A DNA stretch of 64,000 bases from an uncultured Acidobacteriota bacterium (GTDB taxonomy: Bacteria; Acidobacteriota; Vicinamibacteria; Vicinamibacterales; CAVVIG01), in NCBI GenBank assembly GCA_963745495.1, contig CAVUXJ010000007.1:78239-142238 (forward strand). The letters run 5' to 3'. A model generated the notes under the pieces. It was not told where the DNA came from. It saw only the letters and a program-made list of their open reading frames with translations, and did no database searches. Both the position numbers and the translations under genes were made by a program. Shown here piece by piece: positions 30,504-39,556 of the stretch. Position 1 is the first letter of the stretch; every line of letters starts with the position of its first letter.

Positions 30504-30573
30504 ACAGGCGATTACTAGATTGGATAGTCGAGTTATCTCCGGTATCGCGTGATTGTATCAATCAATGACCTGA

Positions 30574-31347
30574 TTACCAAATTACTCGATAACGAGATTC
30601 TCGGTTCCGCAACGTGAGCTCTTCGACGGCCGCCAGCGCCTCGTGCGCGGTCAGATCCGGCTGGACCGGTGTCACCGACACGAATCCGTCGAGGACGGCC
30701 TGGTAGTCCGACCGATCGTGCGGGTGCCACTCGTTCTGCCCCTCTTCAATCCAGAAATACGCCTGGCCCTTGGGGTCGTGGCGCTCGCCGACCGACGTGA
30801 CATGGTTGCGCCTGGCCAGGACCGTGACGCGGAAGCCCTTGCGGCCGCCCTTTCGGCACGTTGACGTTGAGAAAGGTCCGCGACGGGAGCGGACGCTGAA
30901 GCAGCGCCTCCGCCAGCGTGGCCGCGCTCTGCGCGGCATGCCGGAAATCATACGCGCCGCGCGTGGCCATCAGCGAAACGGCGAGGCCCGGCACTCCCAG
31001 CAGCGCCCCCTCGAGCGCCCCAGCCACGGTTCCCGAATACGTCACGTCGTCGCCAAGGTTCCATCCCTTGTTGATCCCCGAGACGACGAGATCGGGGAGG
31101 CGCTTGAAGACCTGGGTGATCGCGATGTTCACGCAATCGGTCGGCGTGCCGTCGACGCCGTATACGCCGATCGCCGATCTTCTCGAGCCTCAGCGGACGC
31201 CGCAGCGTGAGCGCGTGCCCGATCGCGCTCGCTTCCTCGACGGGCGCCACGATGGTGACGTCGCCGATCGCGACGGAGGGCGTCGGCGAGCGCCGTGATG
31301 CCCTCGGAGCGATAGCCATCGTCATTGGTGACAAGGATCAACGGCAT
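30574..31347 (-). CDS. surE: 5'/3'-nucleotidase SurE (needs 3 frame changes)
   Basis: MPLILVTNDDGYRSEGITALADAL / ..VAPVEEASAIGHALTLRRPLR.. / ..VSGINKGWNLGDDVTYSGTVAGALEGALLG.. / ..YFWIEEG..DYQAVLDGFVSVTPV.., spread over four overlapping ORFs. Confidence 0.8.
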
Positions 31348-31355
31348 TTCATTAG

Positions 31356-31403
31356 AGCTTACCAGCTTTCAGCTGTCAGCTATCAGCTCTCAGCGCTAGC
31401 TGC
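31356..31403. repeat. CAGCT-word low-complexity spacer
   Basis: AGCTTACCAGCTTTCAGCTGTCAGCTATCAGCTCTCAGCGCTAGCTGC. It is followed at 31445-31474 by ATGACC words (ATGACCAGATGACCCAATGACTCGATGACC). Confidence 0.6.
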
Positions 31404-31507
31404 AACTCGAGCCTCGGTTCGCAGCTCTCACGTGTCGGATTGAAATGACCAGATGACCCAATGACTCGATGACCGTATTCCCGATCCGGCGGGACTCAAC
31501 GACTGAT

Positions 31508-32962
31508 TCACGATTCGGCTGCGCGGCTACGGCCGGCAAGGAAGCCGGACACTGACGTACCGAACCGATCGCGCGATTCGGAAGGCACGACGACGAAGAG
31601 CAGCGCGGTCGCGACGAGGGCGAGAGCGGCGCCGAAGCCAAATGCGGCGGCGGGACCAGCGGTGCTCCAGATGACGCCGAACACGACGCTCGCGGTGAGG
31701 GCCCCGAGACCCTGCACGGCCGTGTACACCCCGAACGCAAAACCGCGGCGCGTCGGAGGCGCGAGGTCGGCGACGAGCGCCTTCTCGGTGCCTTCGGCAA
31801 ACCCGAAGTAGAAACCGTAAAGAAGGAACCACGCCAGGAGCGCGGTCAGCGAGTTGCTGAGCGCGAACCCCACGTACACGGCGGCGTAGACAAGCCAGCC
31901 CGCTGGCGATGACGGCACGGCGCCCTATCCGGTCAGACCAGCTGCCGCCGATGATCGACACGGTCGCCTTCACGACGTGCAGCGCCGACCACATCAGCGG
32001 CACGTACTGGACGCCGCCGGCGACGTCGGTGAGCTTCAGCAGCAGAAAAGCGTCGGTGGAATTCCCCAGCATGAACAGCGTGAGGACGACCATGAAGCGC
32101 TTGAGTTGCCGCGGGAGCGGTTCGGCGGCCTCGCGGCCTGCCACGCCAGGGACGGTCCGGCTGCCGCCTTCGCCGCTGTGCGGCCTCGCCATGCCAGGAA
32201 CGCTGGCCGGGCCCGGGGTCCGGCTAAAGCCGGACACTACGTGTCCAGGTTCATCCGCGCGAGGTTCATGCTTGTTGGAGCCGGACACTGCGGACCTGCC
32301 AGGTTCGTGATGGTCGGCGCCAGGGACGTATCGCCTTCTTCACGGACGAAGAAGATCAGGAGAACGGCGATCGCACCCGGGACGATCGTCAGCGCGAACA
32401 GGGTGCGGTATTCACCGGGATAGAACAGGAGGAAGAGTGACGCGACCGCGGGACCGACGACGGCGCCCGCATGATCCATCGCGCGATGAAACCCGTAGAC
32501 CTTGCCCCGCGTCGACGGCGTGGCCCACGTCGCGAGCATCGCGTCCCGCGGCGCACCGCGAATGCCCTTACCGATGCGATCGACCAGACGCACGGTGAAC
32601 ACGTGCGTCCAGCTCTGGGCCAACGCGATCAGCGGACGGACGGCCGAGGACAAAGCATAGCCGGCGATGACGATCGGCCGCTTCGCTCGCGAGCGGTCCG
32701 CGAGGCGGCCGGACAGGATCTTCAGGACGCTGTTCGCCGCCTCGGCGGCTCCTTCGACGATGCCGAGCGAGACGGCGCCGGCGCCGAGCACCTGAATCAG
32801 GAAGAACGGCAGAAGCGGGTAGATAGCCTCGCTCGCCGCATCGGTGGCGAGGCTCACCCATCCGAGAAACCAGACAGGACGCGGAAGGCCGAATCGTTCA
32901 CCGGCGCGAGTACGGGGCGATGGGACCGTTGGGGACGACGGTGACGAAGATGCTGTCGGCAC
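31508..32962 (-). CDS. MFS transporter (needs 2 frame changes)
   Basis: Three overlapping ORFs. ..VSLATDAASEAIYPLLPFFL.., GRLADRSRAKRPIV (motif-A-like) and 12-TM-like hydrophobicity. Confidence 0.75.
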
Positions 32963-33656
32963 GACCTCTCATTGTGTCCCGGTAGACAACGAAACCGCGA
33001 TAGCTGCCCGCCGGCACGAAGCGATCAGCGTCGAAGCTGACCGCCGGCCCGGCGCTGAACCAGCGCGCGCCCTCGAACTCGATCCACACGCCATCATTGG
33101 CAGTCATGCGGGGGACATCGTTGCCGACCGGACGCTGTGTCGGCGCGGCGCGAACACCCATCGTGCCGGCCACGTCGCCAGTTCGCGGACGTGTCGACGT
33201 CCGCTCGTACCAACGACGACGGCTTCCGGGCGCCTGACTCGCACCTGGCTGCGACCTGACTGACAGCTCTCCGTCCCTCTGAATCGGGAACGACGGCGGG
33301 CGCGATCCCACCGTCCCCGCGAGCTCGCCCTCCCGGCGCCGCTCGTAGGGCCGCATGAGGTTCCGGCCGATCGGCACGAAGACGATGCTGTAGGGCTCGA
33401 GGGTCGTGTCCGCGTAGAGCGGGACACCGTTGTAGACGCACGGTCCGCGCCATGACTTTTCCGTCGAAGAACACGTTCGGGCCGGTCGGGTAGTACAAGC
33501 TGCCGGCATGAAAGACGGTTCGCCGCGAATCTGCCAGTCGGCGTTCGCCGCGGTCACCTCGGGAGAGGGCGTTGGAAGTGAATAGACTTGAGCTCTTCCT
33601 ATATTCGGCATCAGCAGAGCCATACATAGGAACGCGCCAGGGACAATCGATCGCAT
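32898..33656 (-). CDS. secreted hypothetical protein (probable internal double frame change)
   Basis: ORF track, 252 aa, signal peptide MRSIVPGAFLCMALLMPNIGRAQ. The segment FHAGSLYYPTGPNVFFDGKVMAR is readable only in a neighbouring frame. Confidence 0.45.
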   Translation of the reverse strand: MRSIVPGAFLCMALLMPNIGRAQVYSLPTPSPEVTAANADWQIRGEPSFMPAACTTRPARTCSSTEKSWRGPCVYNGVPLYADTTLEPYSIVFVPIGRNLMRPYERRREGELAGTVGSRPPSFPIQRDGELSVRSQPGASQAPGSRRRWYERTSTRPRTGDVAGTMGVRAAPTQRPVGNDVPRMTANDGVWIEFEGARWFSAGPAVSFDADRFVPAGSYRGFVVYRDTMRGRADSIFVTVVPNGPIAPYSRR

Positions 33657-33701
33657 GACAGGCCTCCGGCTGGGGAGGTCTCAACAGGCGTGCCAATGCA
33701 G

Positions 33702-33763
33702 GAGGGTTCGAGAGGTTCGAGAGGTTCGAACGGTTCGTAGAAGTTCTGAAAGGTTCGAGGTTG
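33702..33763. repeat. GAGGTTC-word tandem spacer
   Basis: GAGGGTTCGAGAGGTTCGAGAGGTTCGAACGGTTCGTAGAAGTTCTGAAAGGTTCGAGGTT. Confidence 0.6.
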
Positions 33764-33865
33764 CGATAAGGAGCTGCTCCTCGCCGCGAGCCGTACAATG
33801 AAATCTCATGTCGACGTTGGCCGACCTGCTTTCGCGCGGCAACTCGCGAAGGCGAGCTCTACCGG

Positions 33866-34931
33866 GTGCTCGATGATGGGCGCCTGCAGTGCTATGCCTG
33901 CGGCCATTGCTGTCCGTTGCCCGAAGGTGCGATCGGCGTGTGCAAGGTGCGCTTCAACGAGGGCGGATCCCTCCGCGTCCCCTGGGGCTACGTCGGCGGC
34001 GTGCAGTGCGACCCGATCGAAAAGAAGCCGTTCTTCCACGCGCATCCGGGCGCGCTCGCCTACAGCTTCGGCATGCTCGGCTGCGATCTGCATTGCGGCT
34101 ACTGCCAGAACTGGGTGACGTCGCAGGCGCTGCGAGATCCCGCCGCCGTGGCGCCGCCGCTGGCAACGCGCCCGGAAGATCTCGTTCGCGACGCGCTGCG
34201 GCTCGGCGCCCGCGTCCTGGTGAGCACCTACAACGAACCGCTGATCACGAGCGAATGGGCGGTCGCCATCTTCAAAGAGGCGAAGGCGGCCGGCCTTCTG
34301 ACCGGATACGTCTCGAACGGCAACGGCACACCCGAAGTGCTCGAGTACATCCGCCCGTGGGTCGACCTGTACAAGGTCGACCTCAAGAGCTTCGACGATC
34401 GACACTATCGTCAGCTCGGCGGAAGACTGCAGCCGATCCTCGACACGATCCGTCGTCTTCATGCGATGGGCTTCTGGGTCGAGATCGTCACGCTGTTGAT
34501 TCCCGGGTTCAACGATTCACGAGACGAGATCGCGCGGCTGACGGAATTCGTGGCGGGCGTCTCGCCCGACATTCCCTGGCACGTCACCGCCTTCCACGGC
34601 GACTACAAGATGACGGATCCGGGGAACACGACGGCCGACATGCTGCTCGGCGCCGCCGCGATCGGACGGAGCGCCGGACTGCGATACGTGTACGCTGGCA
34701 ACCTGCCGGGCGCGGTCGGGGATCTGGAGAGACACGCGATGCGCGTCCTGCGGCGAGACGGTCATCGCGCGCTACGGGTACTTCATCCGCGACTACCGCC
34801 TCACGGCCGACGGCTGCTGCCCCTCTTGCGCGAAGCCGATTCCCGGCCGATGGGGGCCGCGATTCGACGGACAAATCACGTCGCGGCCCTTCCTGCCCGG
34901 ATCCCGCTCACGGCTGTCCGTCGTGTCATAA
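33866..34931 (+). CDS. amrS: AmmeMemoRadiSam-system radical SAM enzyme (one frame change near 34.73 kb; true start possibly ATG 33809 in another frame)
   Basis: LQCYACGHCC; CDLHCGYCQNW (CxxxCxxC); STYNEPLITSEW; YVSNGNGTPE. The C-terminal Zn-ribbon TRCASCGETVIARYGYFIRDYRLTADGCCPSCAKPIPGRW was read by hand in the frame that ends at TAA 34929-34931. Confidence 0.8.
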
Positions 34932-34940
34932 TTGCGGCAG

Positions 34941-35961
34941 ATGCCCCTGCTCGACACCTTCAAGCGCCCGCTGCGAAACCTCCGGCTGTCGGTGACGGAT
35001 CGCTGCAACCTGCGGTGCGAATACTGCATGCCGGAGAGCGACTACGTCTGGCTGCCGCGCGAGGACGTGCTGCACTTCGAAGAAATCGAGAAAGTCGTCG
35101 ACGTCTTCCTGGCGCTCGGCGTCGATCGTCTGCGGCTCACCGGCGGCGAGCCGCTGCTCCGCCGCGACCTCGCGTCGCTCGTTCGCATGCTCTCGGCCAA
35201 GCCCGGGCTGGCGGATCTCGCGATGACGAGCAACGGTATCCTGCTCGCGGACCACATCGATGCCCTCGCGGCCGCCGGTCTCGGCCGCGTCACCGTCAGC
35301 CTCGATACGCTCAGGCCCGACAGGTTCGCCGCGCTCACCCGCGTGGACGATCTTGCCGCGCGTGAAGGAAGGCATCGAGGCCGCGCACCGTGTCTTCGGA
35401 CGCCTCAAGCTCGATACGGTCGTCATCAAGGGCGTCAACGGCGACGAGCTGATCGATCTGATCGAGTACGGGAAGGGCGTGAACGCGGAAGTGCGATTCA
35501 TCGAGTACATGGACGTCGGCGGCGCGACGCGCTGGTCACCCGCCCGCGTCGTCTCACGCAGGGAGATGCTCGATCAGCTTGCGGCCCATTACGGACCGAT
35601 TCAGCCGGTGGTGGAGGATTCGTCGGCGCCGGCCGATCGGTTCACGCTGCCGGATGGCACGGTGTTCGGCATCATCTCGTCCACGACCGATCCGTTCTGC
35701 CGAAGCTGCGACCGCAGCCGGCTGACCGCGGACGGCGTGTGGTACCTATGCCTGTATGCCGCGCGGGGCATCGACCTGAGGGCCGCCGTACGGCGGGGCG
35801 CCAGCGTCGAGGAGTTGAAGGAACTGATTTCTGCCGGCTGGCGAGGGCGCGACGATCGCGGCGCCGAAGCCCGTCTCGCCCTGGATGACCGGCGTGGGTT
35901 CGTGCCTCTCAACTCTCTTCGCCAGGATCCGCACCTCGAGATGCATACGCGCGGAGGCTAG
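34941..35961 (+). CDS. moaA: GTP 3',8-cyclase MoaA (one frame change near 35.35 kb)
   Basis: [28 protein letters not shown], and C-terminal [14 protein letters not shown]...HLEMHTRGG. Spread over ORFs 34932..35888 and 35260..35961. Confidence 0.85.
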
Positions 35962-36399
35962 CGCGCCGGCGGCGCTTCGAGGCGCCCGAAAAACAGCAGA
36001 GCCACCGCCTCCCTCAGGCCTTTGACGCTGCAGGGTTTCTCGAGAAACGATTCGTCCTGCCAGAGCGTGACCTTCTCCATGAACAGCCGATCGCTGTGCC
36101 CCGTCAGGTACAACACCTTGAGCCTCGGCTCATCCTGACGAAGCCGCCGTGCCAGCTCGTCCCCGGCCATTCCCGGCATCATCAGATCCGTCACCACGAC
36201 GTCGAAGACCTCCTCCTTGCTGCGCGAGCGCGAGGGCCTCGATGCCGTCGGCGGCGGTCAGGGTGACATGCCCCGCATCGCGAAGCACCCGTTCGACGAA
36301 CCTGCGGATCGGCTCCTCGTCGTCCACGATGAGTATTCGCAAGGGCCGCCGGGGCGCCGCTTTCCGACGCGACGCGTATCCCTTGATCGACGCGAACAC
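35958..36399 (-). CDS. single-domain response regulator (one frame change near 36.2 kb)
   Basis: LRILIVDDEEPIRRFVERVLRDAGH.. / ..VVTDLMMPGMAGDELARRL..LKVLYLTGH..FLEKP. Confidence 0.7.
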
Positions 36400-36470
36400 C
36401 GATCCCTTCAGGGGTGTGCTTCCACCCCTTTGTCCTTCTCGTCGAGCTTGCTCTTCGCCACGGACAGAGC

Positions 36471-36944
36471 CTACTCCTTCGTGCTCGGCTGATCTCCGGT
36501 GAGGGGCCTCGACAGCGCCTCTCGAACCTTGGCCGTCAGCCCCGATACGTGAAACGGCTTGCCCAGGAAGCTGACGTGCGGGTTGGCCGCGTCGAAGGGC
36601 GACGTTGAAGCTGCGTACCCCGAAATGAACAACACCCGCAGTTCAGGCCGGATGGCCACGAGGCGCTGCGCCAGCGCGGGACCGTTCATTTCAGGCATGA
36701 CAATGTCGGTCAGCAGCAGGTCGATTCGGCCGGCGTGCTGCTCGAACAACTCAGTCGCCTGCCCGGGTGTCGCCGCCTCGAGGACATGATAACCCTGACG
36801 CCGGAGCACCGTCGTGATGACAAGGCGGACGGAATCTTCGTCCTCCACGAGCAGAATGGTTTCGTGGCCGCCCGAGTTCACCACACCTGTCCGCTCAGTG
36901 TGCGCGATCGACCGGCGGTGTGCCATTTGTGTGCTCTTTCGCAC
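36471..36944 (-). CDS. response-regulator receiver protein
   Basis: ORF track, 157 aa. ILLVEDEDSVR..IDLLLTDIVMPEMNG..RVLFISGY..FLGKPF. The N-terminal ~25 aa look like the tail of a kinase, so this is possibly a remnant of a hybrid kinase. Confidence 0.75.
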   Translation of the reverse strand: MRKSTQMAHRRSIAHTERTGVVNSGGHETILLVEDEDSVRLVITTVLRRQGYHVLEAATPGQATELFEQHAGRIDLLLTDIVMPEMNGPALAQRLVAIRPELRVLFISGYAASTSPFDAANPHVSFLGKPFHVSGLTAKVREALSRPLTGDQPSTKE

Positions 36945-37136
36945 ATCGGCTCAGCGGACGCCACAGTGGCGGTGAACCTTTCCTGTTCGACGTCGGCGGA
37001 TCTGTCACTGACCCGCCGGAACGGCGGTTCATGCGCGATTACTCGCGATTCCCACATGCCAGCTGCCGCAACGCCCGTTGAGCTGGGCCTTGGCCGCGCG
37101 TGGACGGTACGGGACTTGAAAGTCGCATCGAGCCAC

Positions 37137-37592
37137 ATGCCCGCCGCCGGCAACATCCTCATCGTCGAAGACGATCTTGACACCCGCGAGCTGGTCATGA
37201 ACATCCTCGCGACCGAAGGCTTCCATGTGGTGGCCGCGGAAGACGGGCTCGAGGCGCTGCATCTGCTTCGCACGGTGCAGCACCGCGCCCCCGATGTTCC
37301 CTGCCTGGTCCTTCTGGATCTGTCGATGCCGCGCCTGAGCGGCCATGAATTCCGGCGTGCGCAGCTCGGGGATCCCAACGTCGCGGGCGTTCCGGTCGCG
37401 GTCATGTCCGGCGCGACCGACGCCGAGGCGCGTGCGCTTCGACTCGGCGCCGTGGCCACTCTCACGAAACCACTGGATTTCGATACGCTGGTGCGGGTCG
37501 TGCGGCGCTATTGCGTCCCTGGCCGGACAAGAGGCGCAGTGACGTGGGATCCGGGTCCGGGAACCGGCGGGTCGTCGAGGCCCGGGCTCTAG
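37137..37592 (+). CDS. single-domain response regulator
   Basis: Internal ATG of ORF 36735..37592. NILIVEDDLDTRELV..LVLLDLSMPRLSG..VAVMSG..TKPLD. Confidence 0.75.
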   Translation: MPAAGNILIVEDDLDTRELVMNILATEGFHVVAAEDGLEALHLLRTVQHRAPDVPCLVLLDLSMPRLSGHEFRRAQLGDPNVAGVPVAVMSGATDAEARALRLGAVATLTKPLDFDTLVRVVRRYCVPGRTRGAVTWDPGPGTGGSSRPGL

Positions 37593-37822
37593 AAACGAGG
37601 GCCCAAGGCCTGGCGGACGGCGTTGGCGAGCACGGCTCCCAAGGCCGCAGCGGCAAGCACGAGCGCGCCGGCGGGTTGATCCACGACGACAAACACCACG
37701 ACGCCGCCGAGCACGGCGCCGATCATGACTGTCGACAAGGCGTCCGTTATCTTGCTGAACCGCCCACGCGGACACCGGTGGTGCTCGGTCAGCGCGCCCA
37801 TGCATCTGGGACAGGTGGCCAT
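37589..37822 (-). CDS. small zinc-ribbon membrane protein
   Basis: ORF track, 77 aa. MATCPRCMGALTEHHRCPRG followed by two hydrophobic helices. Confidence 0.45.
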   Translation of the reverse strand: MATCPRCMGALTEHHRCPRGRFSKITDALSTVMIGAVLGGVVVFVVVDQPAGALVLAAAALGAVLANAVRQALGPRF

Positions 37823-37880
37823 AAGAGTTCAAGGACTCTGATGTCTCGGATCGCGGCGATGGTAGCACAGTCGCAGAGCC

Positions 37881-37970
37881 ACGACGTTCGACGTTCTCCG
37901 TTCGACGTTCTGCGTGCGACGGTCACGTCGCGTGCGACGGTCTACGTTCGGCGGTTCGCACGGGTTCGCC
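37881..37970. repeat. GTTCGACG-word low-complexity spacer
   Basis: ACGACGTTCGACGTTCTCCGTTCGACGTTCTGCGTGCGACGGTCACGTCGCGTGCGACGGTCTACGTTCGGCGGTTCGCACGGGTTCGCC. It overlaps the last codons of the antiporter ORF. Confidence 0.6.
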
Positions 37971-39278
37971 CAGACCGGCCCACGGCGGCCGGCGCGGCGA
38001 GCTCGATCCACGGATGCTTCCGCAGCAGCAGGTGAAGAATCGGCGTCGTCATGAACGTCGTGACGAGCGCCATGATCACCAGCATCGTAAACAGCGTCGG
38101 CGAAATCACCCCGAGATCGAGACCGATGTTGAGCACGATCAACTCGACGAGCCCGCGAGTGTTCATCAGGATGCCGAGCGCCGCGGAATCGCGCCACCGG
38201 AGTCCCGCCAGGCGCGACGCGATCACGGTCCCGCCGAATTTGCCGATGCAGGCCACGACGACGATCAATCCGCACAGCAGCCAGCTCCGCGACCCGCTCA
38301 CCAGACCGATCTGCGTGCGCATGCCGGTGAACGCGAAGAACGCGGGAAGGAACAGGATGGCCACGACGTCGTCCAGGCGATGGTTGATCTCCCTGGCGAT
38401 CCGGGTGCCATGCGGAATGATGGCGCCGAAGATGAACGCGCCGAAGAATCCGTGGATGCCGATGTACTCGGTCGTCATCGCCGACACCAGCATCGCCACG
38501 AGGACGATGCTCAGCTCCGTGCGCGTGAGATCGGCCGCACGATCGAGACGTGGGAGCAGTCTCCGGACTTGCGGCGCCACGACTCCGAGCACCACGGCCA
38601 CGAACAGGATCGTCAGGAGGACGATGCGGATGGCATCCTGCGCCCGCTCGTGCGCAATGCCGACCACCAGCGCCAGCAGACACCATGCCGTCACGTCGTC
38701 CACGGCGGCGCACGTGAGCGCGACGACGCCCATGCGGCTCCGGCTGATCTTCCGGTCCGTGAGAATCCTCGCGAGAACCGGAAACGCGGTGACCGAGAGC
38801 GACACGCCGAGGAACAGCGCGAACACGGTGAAGGGCACGTCGGTCGTCGACAGCACCGGATACAGCCCGAGGGCAAGGGTCACCCCGAGCAGGAAGGGCA
38901 CGATGATGCTGGCGTGAGAGATCGCCAACGTCACGTGTCCGTGCTTCCGGATGATGCCGAGGTCGAGCTCCAGCCCGACGAGGAACATGTAAAGGATCAC
39001 GCCGAACTGCGCGTAAACGGTCAGGAACGGGGCGATCGCCGCCGGCAGGAGCAGGGCATGCAGGTCCGGTGCGATCCTGCCGAGCAGTGAGGGCCCGAGG
39101 AGGATGCCACCCACGACCTCGCCGATCACGGCGGGCTGCCCGATGTAACTGAAGAGCGCCCCGACTACGCGCGCGTCACCACGATCAGGGCGAGCGCGAG
39201 CAGCGCGTGGAATACGGTATCGACAGACTGCCCGGCAGCCAGGCCGAGGGGCTGGCCAGTGCCGGCCGGAGCCTGCAT
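37942..39278 (-). CDS. CPA2-family cation:proton antiporter (one frame change near 39.17 kb)
   Basis: GQPAVIGEVVGGILLGPSLLG, FLVGLELD and FPVLARILTD. The N-terminus MQAPAGTGQPLGLAAGQSVDTVFHALLALALIVVTRA was read by hand in the adjacent frame. Confidence 0.8.
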
Positions 39279-39556
39279 CCTCTCTCCGATCGATCGGATG
39301 AGGAAGAACGCGACGCACGGCCGCACACACCGTGGCGGCATAGAAGAGGAAGACCCTGGTGCGCCCGCCTTGCAAGAGCGGTGTTTCGTCGATGTCGGGA
39401 ATCATCAGGCAGGCATCTCGCCCCGGCTGACGGTATTACAGATAGCGGCCTCTCCTCAACCTTTGGCAGTGGTATGCTACGACGTATCGTTTCATTGAGA
39501 ACCGCAAGCAGACGAGTCGCCCGCCTTCAAACCCTTCGGATGTCAGTGAGGATTTC

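Noticed and set aside
39463-39478. Sigma54-like TTGGCAGTGGTATGCT upstream of the UPF0182 gene
   Set aside because: The GG and GC elements are one nucleotide closer than in the TGGCAC-N5-TTGC consensus, and the spacing is strict for sigma54. This is probably a chance match.
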